From Piromyces finnis finn (Eukaryota > Fungi > Neocallimastigomycota): a stretch of DNA of 64,000 nt. The first letter of the stretch is position 1; every line of letters starts with the position of its first letter. Both the position numbers and the translations under genes were made by a program. The DNA lies in NCBI GenBank assembly GCA_002104945.1, contig MCFH01000021.1:186001-250000 (forward strand). Reading direction: 5' to 3'. Of this stretch, positions 11,811 through 26,620 are shown in pieces. The notes below the pieces were generated by a model that was not told the origin of the DNA, searched no databases, and saw only the letters and a program-made list of their open reading frames with translations.

Positions 11811-12955
11811 TTAGTATAGATGCTTAATAAAAAAGTAAAACCGAGGCGGACCAAAAATAATTGATTAACATTGATATTAATTATTGTAATATATAAATAG
11901 AGAAGATATAATTAAAAAATTGTGTTTAAATATATAAATTAAATTAATATGCTTTTTCTTAATATTAGTAGTTACCGTTTTTTTCATGATATGTAAAAAT
12001 TCATCTTCATTAATTTCACCATCGCCTGTTAATTCAATAAAAATAAAAGTAAAAATAATAATTTATTAGTTTTATCCATAAATTATTATTTATCTATATT
12101 AGTATATAAAGAAAATATATAAATGAAAATAACAACAATGATATTTAAAATAGAATTTTTATAAATACCATCTTTATCAGCATCATCAATCATCTCTTGA
12201 ATTTCTTCATCAGTTAAATTTTCACCTAATTCCTTTGATACTCTTTTTAAATTTTTGAAAGATATTTTTCCGGTACCGTCATCATCAAATAATTTAAATG
12301 CTTTTAATATTTCTTCTTTAGTATCTTTTTCAGCCTTGTATACAAATTATAGATAAAAAAAGTTAAAGAATTTGTATATACATACAATTATAATATCATT
12401 TTATAATATATATTTTTTTATTCGTAATATTATATTTATTTTCAATTATTTACCATTTTTGCTGACATTAATTCTAAAAATTCGTTGAAATCCATGACTC
12501 CAGTACCAGATTTATCAATTTCAGAAATCATTTTTTTTAAATCTTCTTTTTTTGGTTCAAATCCAAGAGCTCTCATAGCAACCTTCAATTCTTTGCACTC
12601 AATAGTACCAGAACCCTCTGTATCAAATAAATCAAAAGCCTATATTAATTAGATATTTTAGTTTAATAAATTTCTTAGCATTAATTAATATATATATTTT
12701 ATAAAAATTTTTGTTATATAATATAAATTACTTCTCTAATTTCTTGTTTTTGTTCTGGTGTTAATTCTTGTTTCCTTGGTTGCTTATCATTATTTAAACG
12801 TGATTGTCTATGAACAGAAGTTGACTATTAGTAAATTCAAAAAAATAATATTAATTTTTATGAAATTAAAATTATAATCATTTAGTATATAAATATTATG
12901 TCTTTTTTTTTATTATTATTTATTTCTTCTTATTTGATTAAATAATAATTACCAT
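11811..12955 (-). CDS. CETN2: Centrin (caltractin), ciliary centrin-1/2 type, 4 EF-hands; ATG-only first exon
   Basis: Exons give [46 protein letters not shown]|[72 protein letters not shown]. The 12-nt last exon (HLY*) at 11811-11822 is tentative. Confidence 0.93.
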
Positions 12956-13404
12956 TTTTTATTAAGAATATTGATATAATTATTTTCAGTAATTTTAAAT
13001 TATTTGTGTTTCAAATATATTCGTTTTAATTAACAATGAATATAAAAAAAACGTTATAAATAATACTCTTCAATGTGAGTAAATTTTTAAACTGTAATCT
13101 TTAATTTAAATATAAAAATTTAATTAAATTTTTAATTATTATTAATTAAGAATAAAAAAATTAATAAAAAAACAAATATTAATATATAATAAATTCATTC
13201 ATTTATTTTGCATTATTCATTTAATATACACCCAAATTAAGTCACAATTGTTTGAATAGTTTCAAAAAAAAAGTTTGACTATATTTATGAAATAATTAAA
13301 ATACTTTATTTTGTTTAAATATGTATTTAAATAAATTCTATTAAAATTTTATTAATTTAAATAAAGATAATTGTGATTGAAAGGATTATAAATAAGAAAA
13401 TAAT

Positions 13405-14467
13405 CTAGAATAATTTAAGGTGTCCAGTTATCATATTAACCTTCTCTTCATAATCTATATATAAATATATAAATAATATTAGTTTATATATATATATTTT
13501 AATTTTTTTATAAAAAAAAAAGCTTAAAAATATATTAACCTGGTCCAACCGCTAACAAAATAGGTTTATTAGTGTTTTTATCATTAATACATTGAATATG
13601 GACTTTGTATTTATCTGCAGCTTTTATAAGATCATTCCTGAAAAAAATATATTTTAAAATTAATTTAATTATAATTTTCGTAAATTCTGAATAGTAAAAA
13701 ATAATTTACATACATTTCTGTTTCATTTGGACATTTTAATGTAATTTTTGGTTGGCCTTCTCTACTCCAGCGATTATAAACCTTGTTGTTTTTATTTTAA
13801 TGATTATTAAAAGCGTTATTTAATAAATTAAAAGTATTAATTATCAAATATCTTACTTGAGTATTATGCTTTTTCGAAATATCAACAGCTGCTAAAGTAC
13901 TTTGAGTAGCCTAAACATTTTAATTGTAATAGTAATATGAAAATTAAAGATTATGCAAATTAATTTTTTTGGAATTTTATATAATTGATTTTATTAATAC
14001 ATTAAGATATATATTACAATTTTAATCAGCCTTTGTTTATCGATTTTTGCATCGCTACGAATAACAATATTCTAATATAATATAATACAGTGTAATAAGT
14101 ACATGCATTTCCATATTACATATAATAATTATTTTTAAATACTTACTAATTTTGCTCTGTTAGAAGTGATTTTTATTTGCTAAAAATGTTAAAAAGAAAT
14201 GATGAGATTAGAAAAAAAAGGAAGTATTAAATTTTATTATGAAGTGATAGTGTAACTTTAGAAAAAAAAAAAAAAAACAATTTCAATTTTCATATCATTT
14301 TAAATAAATTATTATTATTATTTTTTTTTGTTAAATAATATGTATACTTTTATTATTACATCATTATTAGAATTATCTTTTTTTTTGCTTGTTCCATTAA
14401 AACTAAAATATGAAATTGCAAAAGAAAAGGCTGATAATAAAACAATGGTTTGTAATGAAATTTCCAT
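13405..14467 (-). CDS. Divergent peptidyl-tRNA hydrolase 2 (PTH2/Bit1)-like protein with N-terminal membrane anchor, ~7 exons
   Basis: Not in the ORF track. Spliced product MEISLQTIVLLSAFSFAISYFSF...NIVIRSD...RWSREGQPKITLKCPNETEM...ILLAVGPDYEEKVNMITGHLKLF* follows the PTH2 pattern (W..GQPK, GP, TGHLKL) end to end. Confidence 0.8.
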
Positions 14468-14718
14468 ATTAGAATCTTCAAAACTTTTAATTAGTTTAAC
14501 AAAGTTTATGTGTAAGATATATTTTAATTATTATTATAATTTAAATATATTTTAATATATAACTAATAAATTATAATATATTGAAAATATAAAACTTATC
14601 AATCAAATTTTATTTTTTTTCAGTTTTTATTTATTTATTTTTAATTTTTTTACATATTACTTATAAATTTAATTACAAAAGAGAAAATAAATTAAAATAT
14701 ATTAAATAAATAAGTAAA

Positions 14719-16895
14719 ATGGAAGACAATAAATCGAAATCAGATAATGAAAATGACAATAAAGAAAATTATGTAACAGCTGTTGATTATTTATTAAAAC
14801 AGGAAGAATTAGAGAAAGAGGCTAAAGAAGTTCTATCAAAAAAATTTGATAAATGTACTTATGATTTAGGTTATATAAAGCAACAAGTTTATGTATGCTT
14901 AACATGTACCAATGGTAATGCTGGATTCTGTTACTCTTGTAGTATTGCTGTAAGCTTTTGAATGACTAAATTATATTGTATTCTATATATTGTATGCTTA
15001 TTAAGTAATTTTTTTATAATTGAAGTGTCATTCACAACATGATGTAAGAGAATTGTTTAGTAAACGGTAATTTTTCTTTTTCTTTTTAATGTAATGGGTT
15101 TTATAATATTACGCAAGCTATTATTTTTTTTTGTAAATAAATCAATATATATTTTAAAATTTCACTTTTTTTTTTCAAATAGTAATTTTCGATGTGATTG
15201 CGGTAATTCAAAATTTCCTGGAAAATGCTGTTTAAAAGATAAGAGAAATACCATAAATGAAAATAATAAATATGGCCAAAATTTTATTGGGCGTTTTTGT
15301 TGGTAAACAAAAAAGAAAATACTTTCTTTTTTATAAATTAATAATTATGTATTTTTATTTACTTTTACATTAATATAATAAAGTAATATTTATTCATTTA
15401 TTTTATAAATATTTTAATGTAAATAAAACAATGTTGTAGGTGTAATAAAGAATATAATCCAGATGAAGATGAACTAATGTTCCAATGTAATATATGTGAA
15501 GGTATATTTAAATATTGCTTTTAATTAGAACTTAATATTATTGAATAATACCACTACCACTAGTAATAAATTTTTATAATATATGAATAACTAATAATAA
15601 ATGAATATTTATTTACTTCTATAAAATTATTATAGAATGGTATCATATTAGTTGTATAACAGAAAACAAGGAAAAGGTAAAGTTTTTATAATAAAGAATT
15701 ACAAATTATAAAAATTTTGATTTTAATTTAATTCTTTTTTTTTTTTAATTTTAATTTCTAAAAGATATCTGAAGATTTTGATGATTATATTTGTAGGTTG
15801 TACAAAATTTTCAATTTTAAATTATATTAAATTATAATAATTTAAATCCAATAAAAATATAAATATTAATAAATTTGCTTTTTATACAATATTTAATAGA
15901 GATTGTGTTGATAAATATAAATTTATAAAAAAATATAAATTTATGAAAAAACTTTATTTTATTCCTTACAATGAAAATAAAATTAATGAAAATAATATAA
16001 TTGAACAAAACGATTCTAGAGATAAAAAAAGAAAATTTGATGTTATTGATAGTAAAGATGAAGATACCAATAATCATATTGATACAAATAAGAGAATTAA
16101 AGATGAATTTAAGAAAGAAATGAATTGTATAAAAACAAATGAATTTGAAAATAAAATAGAAAAAAATGGTGTTAAATCTATTGATACAGCTAATGAAAAG
16201 ATTTTAAAAAATATAGATGAAAATCCTGTTGATGTAGTAAATGATGATGAAGAATGCTTATTAAATCTAAGTTCGATGAATGAGTTTGAATTAAATCAAA
16301 GATATGATGTATTTTGTAATGGTTAGTCATAAAGGAACTTAAATTTTTTAAAGAATAACATTTATCTTCTATTATTATTAATTAGTAAAGTATTAATCAT
16401 ATTGAATAATACATATATAGATAAATTTAATACCATTTTTTGTAAATGCAATAATTGTAAAGAAGAATATATAAAAAATAATTTAAATTTTTTAATTGAA
16501 GATGATTTAACCTATGAACCAGAAGAGGATGATGATTTAGGTATTATATATACATAAAACAAATAATATATTTATATTGATTATCGCGATAATAATAATT
16601 TTTATTTGTTTATTAACAGATGGTACTTTATTTGAAAGAGGTGTAAAAGTATTAAATCATGCTAGCAGAGTGCCATTAATAGAATGTATATCCGGATATA
16701 ATAAATTAAAAGTAATTGAATATTAGTATTTATGCTAAGAAATTTTAAATTAATATAATAAATTAATATTACTAATGTTTTATTATTTATTGATTTTAGG
16801 ATAAATTAACTGATTATTTTAAAGAATTTGCAGAACAGAAAAAAGTAGTTACAGATGAAGATATCAAATACTTTTTTGATAATTTCAATGCATAA
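14719..16895 (+). CDS. UBR7: UBR7-like protein (UBR-box zinc finger + PHD finger), multi-exon
   Basis: CTYDLGYIKQQVYVCLTC..GFCYSCSIA|CH..H..ELFSKR|NFRCDCG..C.L..N..NKYGQNF.GRFC|WC, then QCNICE|EWYH..C; C-terminus FAEQKKVVTDEDIKYFFDNFNA*. Confidence 0.9.
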
Positions 16896-17199
16896 TAGAA
16901 ATATATATAAAATATATGTTATTTTTCTTTTTTAGAAAAATAATATTAATTTTTATTTTAATTAGACCAATATATAATTATTAAAAAAAAAAATAAACAT
17001 TTAATTTACATTAAACATATTAACATAGTAATATTTAAGCTAAATTTATAAATTTATCTAAATGTTAAAATATTGATAGTAATTTTAATATTTAATCTTG
17101 TATATATATTGTATGATTTTTCTCTCTTCTTTTTTTTATTTTTTTCCCCTTTAATTCAATAATTTTTGATAATATTATAATATATTGTGATATTAGTAT

Positions 17200-18477
17200 T
17201 TAATTACTGATCTCCTTGAATTCCTCTAATTTATATTTATCTTTCATATTCCAGAATTGTTCTGACTGTTCAAGTAAATTAGATTTTGGGAAGAAATGTA
17301 TTGAAGTGTTATTAAAAATATCATTACTTTCAAATAATTCTGGAAATGCTACTTTTTTTGTTAAAGGTAATATTGCTTTTAAGAAAGGTGCTTCACTTTC
17401 TAGCTTTGATGATACCATACTTTTTTAAAAAAAGTATTTTAGATATTATGATTATTATTAATATATTAAAAATATTAGTATAAATATTTATATTTATTTG
17501 TTTATTTTTATTTTATTTTATTTATTTTATTTCCCTTATTTTTAATATTTAATATTATATATTCTTACTTTTCATCATAGATAGAAAAATCATTTCCTAT
17601 TAATATTAATTTTGATAATTTGCCCAATTCCCAATTTGTTCCAAGAACATTATTATATAAATTATAATTACAATGAGGCATATAGAATAAGGTCATTTTA
17701 TTAATATTTCTTTTTCCATGCTATAGGAGTGAATTACATTTAAAAATAAGATTTTAAAACATTATTAAAGAGCTATATTAGGGGTATAATATCTATTATT
17801 TTACAACATACTTCATTATCTTCAATAACTTCAAATCCATAGTTATTAATAACTTCTTTTTCGACTTCTGTAAATATAGGATCATAAAAATAGACTTTTC
17901 CATTAAGCTATTTAATTTTTTTTTATTATTCATAAAATAAAGTGTTAAACTAGTTTAATTTTTAAACTTTTATAATAATTATGTAGGTTTAAAAAAATTT
18001 ACAAACTTTTAAATTGGCCTTTAATAATATACATAAAGCAAATTGAAACTGTGATATTCTTGATTTCATAAAATTTCCTATTCCATAAGAAACAATGTCA
18101 ACATTAAAATACTCGGGTTTTTCTTTACTCCTATAATATTGTATTAGTGGTTTAATGATTTGAAGTTCAAAAAGCAATTGTACATAAAATTTACTTTCTA
18201 ATAATTTAGTTCTATATTTTTATATAAATATAATAAATCTTTTGTTAGAATGTGTTTTAATCAAATATTAGTTAGTTATATAATACCTCTTTTCTTCAAT
18301 TTGATTTTGAATAGTTTCTGTTGAAATTTTATTTGCTACTGTTGAGGTTTTCTTTGTTTTATAACTTTTATATATAAATCCACTGTTTTTATCTTTTTCT
18401 TTTTTTATAGCAATTTTGTTTTTATTATTATGCTTCTTTTTTTTTCCAACCATAATAAATCCATCGTCGTTTTCCAT
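17200..18477 (-). CDS. SRR1: SRR1-domain protein (SRR1/Ber1 family), multi-exon
   Basis: Motifs IVSYGIGNF..SRISQFQFAL, FYDPIFT..EK, FYMPHC, NVLWNKFE/NW..GKLSKLILIGNDFS region, FNNTSIHFF. Confidence 0.85.
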
Positions 18478-18847
18478 TTTTGTCTTTATAATAAATATAT
18501 AAATGTATATAATAAATGTGAAATATAATAAATATATGTTTTTTAAATAAAACTACAATTATTTAAATACAATAAGTTAAAACAAGCAATTTAATTTATA
18601 TTGGATTAGGTTATAATATTGAACAATATAGTACATTACATTTAAAATACTTTTTATTTTTTTTATCAAGGAATATATGAAAAAATATATTATAGTGTAT
18701 TAATCATATATGTGGCTATCTAATTTGTGGATTGATTATCAAATCATATTATTTTTTGATTTTTATTTAAATATATTATCAAAAAAAAAAAATTTTTTTT
18801 CTTTACAAAATACTCATTTTTTTACAATAAATAAATTAAATAACAAA

Positions 18848-20594
<1,747 letters not shown>

Positions 20595-20976
20595 GTTATA
20601 TAATGAAATTTGAAATAATTCAAATAAATATCAAAGGAAAAATTTATTGTAATTAAACAATGTAAAGCTTGTATAATTAACATTATTAAAACAAAGATGT
20701 TTAAAGTGCTAAATATTAAAAACGTAAATCAAAAAATTAAGTTACATATACTAAGCAAGTAAACAAATAAGAAAAAAAAATAGAAAAAAAATAAAGTAAA
20801 AAGCCTTATAAATATTAAATTAAATTGTGATTGTTATTATTATTATTATTATTTTATTTTTGTATTTTAAATAATTAAAATGTTACAATAATATAATAGT
20901 TTTATAAAGAGTATTTATCTTAAGTAGGTTTTTTTTTTATTGATATATTTAGTAATAAATAATAAATTCTTCTGTT

Positions 20977-20988
20977 AGGGTTACGAGT
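20977..20988 (+). repeat. 5' target-site duplication AGGGTTACGAGT of the right LINE copy
   Basis: Same 12-mer follows the poly(A) at 26609-26620 (first A is ambiguous with the tail). Confidence 0.95.
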
Positions 20989-23900
20989 TACTCTTGGGAA
21001 CGTGCCTTCATTTATTTAATAAATGTAGTTTCTCTAGGGGGTCTACTCATGCTCATGGTACTGAGAGAGTAGAAAGAATTAAATCCAAGTATTGCGCAAT
21101 GGATGCTTGGTTAGTCTTAAGGGAAAATTATTAGGACTAAGCTCATGGTACTGAGCGATTAAAAAACATTTTATTCATCGAATTTAAGTATTTGATGAAT
21201 AAGTTGAATGTTTGATATTCAGGTAAGTTTGTATAGTATTTAATTAGAAGAGTAATACATTTTGTTGCTGTATTTTTTCTTTTATTCATGTATTCATGTA
21301 GTACTACTCTTCTCTTGTAAGAATCCAATGTAGTCAACTTTAGCATTTGCATTGTATTTTTATATTCATGTAGCTATTGTTGTATTGTTTCTTGTAAGAG
21401 ACTGATTCACTCTACATCATGTAAAAATACTATTCACAAGCTTTCTGGTGTCGACATTCTTGATTCAAATTTTTACCAATTTAAATATTTAATGAAAAGT
21501 AAAGTCAAACAATTTTAGTGTCAAAAAGCGAATCGAATTTACTAACAACAAACCAAAACTAGAATTTTTAAAAAAAAATTAACAACTAGAATTCAAAAAA
21601 TAAGAAACTTTAAACAAAGCATCGTAACAATTTTTGTACTATCCAGTACTTTTAAGAAGAGAGAGAGAGACAGATTTTTTTCCATATACGTTATATTTAT
21701 AATTTTTATTAGTATTTATTTTATATTCAATATTTTTTTAATTTGAATTTATTATCATGTCAGTCCTTTATATTAAAGATAAGAATTATATCAGACGTGG
21801 TACCCGGTCTTATGGTATCCCCTTAGATGATATTCGCTCCTTCTTTATCCGTGGTATTCGATCATGGTCAGTAAATATGCTATGGGAAAAACTCGAGGTT
21901 ATTCTAGAAGATAAATTTAATTCAGTTATTAGTGTTAAATATTTTCAGACTTTCAATGATCACTTTTTCTTAGTCAAGGTTCATGGTTCATCGAAAGATT
22001 GTATTAAAATCTTACACATGTTAAAGAAGAAACTTTCAGTTACCTCAATTTCCTTTTCAGCTCGTAGTAGAAGGAATCACAAATACACTTTTTCCACTCT
22101 CAAACGTAAAATTTTAGTTTCTAATAAACATCAACATTCTATTCAACAATCATTTCAACAATCAGTTCAACAATCTCATCAACAATCCGATCTTCAACTA
22201 GATCTTCAACAAGATCTTCAACAAGTTTCCACTCATGAAAATATTCCAGATCTACAGCAAACACAATTTCAATCTCAACATTCAACAATTAATTCTAATA
22301 GCTCTATCAACTCTGATAACAGTTCAATAGTTGATAGTTCTTCAGTTTCACAGCCATCTAGTAATAGTTCTACTTATTCCTCTGATGCATCATCCATTAA
22401 TAATGATGACCTTGATAATAATAATAATAGCAACGATTCTTCCTCATCCAACAAGCCTGATAACTTTTCTTTTTGTCTTAGTTGGAACACCAATGGGTGG
22501 AATCACGAAAAGAGAGATAGTATTAGCTATTTCACAGCTATTTTCAAACCATTATTTTTATGTTTCCAAGAAACTGGTAATGGTTCTGGATCGAATACAG
22601 ATTATCCTTGTCGTGTTACTTTGCGAAACTATAGACACTTTTTCAAGAAAGCTGACGAATCAGTTCCGGGAATGAGAGGTTTATATTTAGGTTTTCACAA
22701 TTCATGTCAAGCCTCACTTGAAAACTTCTCTGGAAAGTATATTATTTCTATTTATACTTTTAGTCTTTGGAATAGATTCAAATGCTCGATTGGAAATGTT
22801 TATATGCCTCATAGTCATCACAACATCTATGTTGATCATGCAAAGTTAGAAGTTCGCTTGTGGTTACAAATTCATTCATCCCATCCATCGATTCTTGTTG
22901 GTGATTTTAATATGTCTAAAGTAAAATTATCCAACTGGTTATCAACTAATGGATTAGGAGATTGGGAAATTCTTCCGCTTAGAGGGTCTACTATCTCTTG
23001 GACTCGAGGTGAACAATCTTCCGACATTGACCATGCTCTTATCAATTCGAAGATGAAAGATCTTATTCACTCAGGATCATTTATAAATAATTTTTATCCT
23101 GTATCAGACCATAAGCCACTTCTTATTAATGGTAAAATTATTCCTATGGAAGATTTTTCTAATGACTTTAATGTTCCTAAGAAAATTCTGAAATGGAATA
23201 GATTAAAATGTATTGAGGAAAAGGAATCTATTCTTAGTCATAATAAATTCCAAATTCTTTCAGCAAAATTCAACGATCCTAATGTTTCAACAGATGAACT
23301 TTCCAAAGAGTTTACTTCAACTGCTTTTTCAATTGCAGACGAGCTCAGTATTACCTCAGCAAATAATGTTACAAAGTCTTCATTTCATATTTCACAACAA
23401 ATTTTTAATCTTCAAAAAATCAAAATGAAGTTGTATAAGAGATTTAAAAAAGAAAGAATTTATGATATAGATGAATTTATTAAACGAATTAAAATCTACC
23501 GTAAGCTCATTGATTACATCCACAAAAGATGTAATGAATTTAGGAAGCAAGAATATCTTCATTGGATTAAAACAGGATGTGAGTATATGAAGAGTCATAA
23601 TCCTAAGAAGGCCTGGAAATGGATCAAGAAAACTGCAAAAATTGGAAAAGATTCTTTCTTTATTGCTCAACCAATTAAAAATAAAAATGGAGAATTAGTT
23701 GTTGCTACGGAAGAACAACTTGAAGTGTGGCATGATCATTTCGAAAAGCTTGCATCAGATCCAAGTGGTGTAAGTCTTGATTTGGAGCATTGGTATGAAG
23801 AACCAACGAATAAACGTTTTTCACTTCCTATGCTTGATGAATGGGATATCAACCAAGATATTAGTATTGATGAAGTCAAGTCAGCTATCCTCTCTACTCC

Positions 23901-26568
23901 AAATTATAAAGCATCAGGTCCGGATGGTATTCCAATTGAATTTTACAAAGCATTAATTCCATCAAGTAATGATTCTAATAATGATACAGGTAATAATTCT
24001 TCTGGTAATACTACTTCAGATAATGATGCTTATGGGTTAAATTTTATTCTTAAATTATTCAACCGTATTTGGGATGGAGATTTCCCCAACTCATGGAATG
24101 AATCCAGTATTGTTTCTATTCCTAAGAAGGGAGATTTGACAGATTGTGATAACTATCGAGGTATATCACTTATCAATAATGGTATTAAGTTGATTTCCAA
24201 AATTGTCACCACTAGAATTTCAGAATATGGTCTAAAGAATAATTTCATTAGACCTGAACAATTTGGTTTTCGAAAAAAGGAAGAAAGTATCAGTCTTTTC
24301 ATTTCAATCCAAGAAATATGCCGTAGACGTCAATTAGATAATAAAGAGACATATTTGGCCTTTTTAGATCTCAGGAAAGCATACGATTCAGTCCCAATCG
24401 GTAATATTCTCCATAAATTAGATTGTTTAGGAATCCGAGGTAAGAGTTTACAATTCATCAAAAATTTATATTTAACATCTAAGGCTAATGTCAAATTAGA
24501 TGGATAATTCTCGAAATCTTTTGATGTGAAGAAAGGAGTCCGTCAAGGATGCCCTCTTTCTCCTATTCTCTTTAATCTCTTTATTAATGATATATTTAGA
24601 GAGTGCGAAGATCTAGGAGTCAGTTTAGGTGACACTCGATGCTGTGGTGGACTTTTTGCAGATGATATAGTTATTTGTGCTCCAACAAGAGGATACTTAA
24701 AAAAGATGCTTAGAAGAGTTAATGAATGGGCCTTGTATAATGAAATGGAATTTGGTATCCAGAAATGTTCAACGATGGTGATTCGTCCCGAATCAATAGA
24801 AAATCAGAACAAGAGAGATCCAACATTTTACTTAGCAGGACAACCCATTCCAACTACTGATTGCTATACTTATCTTGGTGTTCCATTTGATAAGAATCTG
24901 TCCCTTAAACCAGTAATTAAAGCTCTTAATAACAAGGTTTTGAAAGGGCTTTTCTCAGTCAGTAAATTCTTAAGAAATCCTAATATTCCTATTCCCTTCA
25001 AAAAGCTAGTACTTAACTCACAAGTGATTAGCAGAGTTTCATACTTTGCACCATTACTTGGATCCAACAAAGCTAGGTCTAGGATTGCTCAGAAGCATGT
25101 TAACAAAGGAATACGATGGGTTGCCGGAGTTCATAAAGCTGTATCGTTTATATCTTTATACTCTATTTCAAAAGATTTGAATATTCCTCCATTGTCAGCC
25201 AAATGTGCTTTAGCTCAGGTTAGATGTTTTAACAAATGGAAAAACTCAAATTGTATTATCTCACACCTTGTCAATTACATTCCTAAATTTAGAAAATACA
25301 CGTGGTGCAAATCAAGTAGGACACTTGATAAAAAATTAAAGAAACATGGAGATGTTAAAGCAGTTAAAAACTTTTATTGGAAAGATCTCAAAGGGAATTC
25401 AATCAAAGCGCAATATTATGATGATAATAAATTTATTGAAACTAAAGATTTTATTAAATTATGTTATGAATACCCAGAGTTTGCCTATGGCTTCTACTGG
25501 CTATTGAAAGCAAGAAGCGGATACAAGTTGGATGCTAGAGTTGCCAAAGCTGCCAAATTTGTTGATCCAGTTTGTCCTAACTACTGTCCATGTTGCAAGT
25601 GTGGTGTTCAAAGTATTAAACATTGGTTATTAGATTGTCCAACATTTAGAGATATCCGTATTAAACATTATGATTCCATAGTCCAGCTATTAAATTTTTT
25701 CAGTCAACGTAATTCCAATAGTCCTATCAATAATAATGAAATTGATAATATCAGTAGAGATAGTAATAACATTAATAGTAATAGTAACAATAGTAGTAAT
25801 AACAATAGTAATAGTAACAATAGTAGTAATAACAATAGTAATAGTAACAATAGTAATAATAACAATAGTAGTAATAGAAATAGTAATAATAACAATAGTA
25901 GTAATAGAAATAATAATATTAGTAATGATAGCAATAGTGAAGATAATAATTCTAATTTAGATAGTAATTTAGTTAATGATAGTAATAGTTCTAATAATCC
26001 GGTGAATATTAATGTGTATGATTATTCTAGTGTGTGCAGTAAAATATTTAAATTCCTTCTTGGGGGAAGAAGTTTTAACAATATCAATTACAATTCAAGG
26101 GAATGGAAAGAACTTTGTAAACGTCAGATTCAATCTGGTACTAATGAAGGAACACCATTCTTGACGGTAACCGCGGAACTTCTAACCAAAATCATGCCTT
26201 TTGCTATTGGCCAGCAATGGTCAATGTTCAAAAGGTTTGAAGCAACATCCAAGAGCGTCAATGCTGAAGAAACAGTAAGACAGGCCAGGAGGGCCAGCGC
26301 AACCAATGGAGATCATAATTTTGTTCCATGACAAAATTTTGATCTTTGGCTCGGTGTCCCATTGGAAGTCAAATACAATTATTATACTTTAGTATGATAG
26401 TGGCTTTCTTACTTTAATTAAAATTACTAGAATACATTATACCCAATTTTTATTCATTTGTGTTTATTTAAACATATTTTTTTTTATTTTTATTTTAATT
26501 TTAATTTTTTTATTACATGTATTATAATTTTAATTAAATTAATAATAAAGTTTAAAATATTTGATGCC

Positions 26569-26609
<41 letters not shown>
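20989..26609 (+). mobile_element. Full-length APE-type LINE (~5.6 kb): one 5' monomer, ~770-bp 5' UTR, single long frame, ~240-bp 3' UTR, (A)38 tail
   Basis: TSD on both sides; AATAAA about 20 nt before the poly(A) at 26572-26609; complete EN-RT-CCHC domain set. Confidence 0.98.
21757..26331 (+). pseudogene. LINE polyprotein (1524 codons) with a single in-frame TAA at 24505-24507 inside the RT domain
   Basis: APE motifs LSWNTNG, FQET, VGDFN, DIDH, SDHKP; RT motifs KASGPDGIP, NYRGISL, QFGFR, FLDLRKAYDSV, GVRQGCPLSPILF, LFADD; CPCC-x8-H-x4-C knuckle. Track ORFs 21757..24507 and 24526..26331 are the same frame. Confidence 0.95.
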
Positions 26610-26612
<3 letters not shown>

Positions 26613-26620
26613 TTACGAGT
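26609..26620 (+). repeat. 3' target-site duplication of the right LINE copy
   Basis: AGGGTTACGAGT directly after the poly(A). Confidence 0.95.

Noticed and set aside
11811-12955. Calmodulin or Cdc31/centrin-3
   Set aside because: N-terminal extension plus [12 protein letters not shown] and [18 protein letters not shown] are diagnostic of the centrin-1/2 type.
21058-21080. Hammerhead ribozyme core in the monomer (CUGAGAGAGUAGAAA)
   Set aside because: CUGANGA is not matched exactly, and I could not close stems I and III around a UH cleavage site on either strand.
22331-22675. 114-aa overlapping ORF present in both LINE copies (also 1458..1802; likewise the 92-aa antisense ORFs)
   Set aside because: Expected from near-identity of the copies and low-complexity codons; no independent sign of selection.
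25704-25960. Poly-Leu antisense ORF and Ile/Val-rich alternative-frame ORF
   Set aside because: Shadows of the Asn/Ser-rich repeat in the LINE frame.
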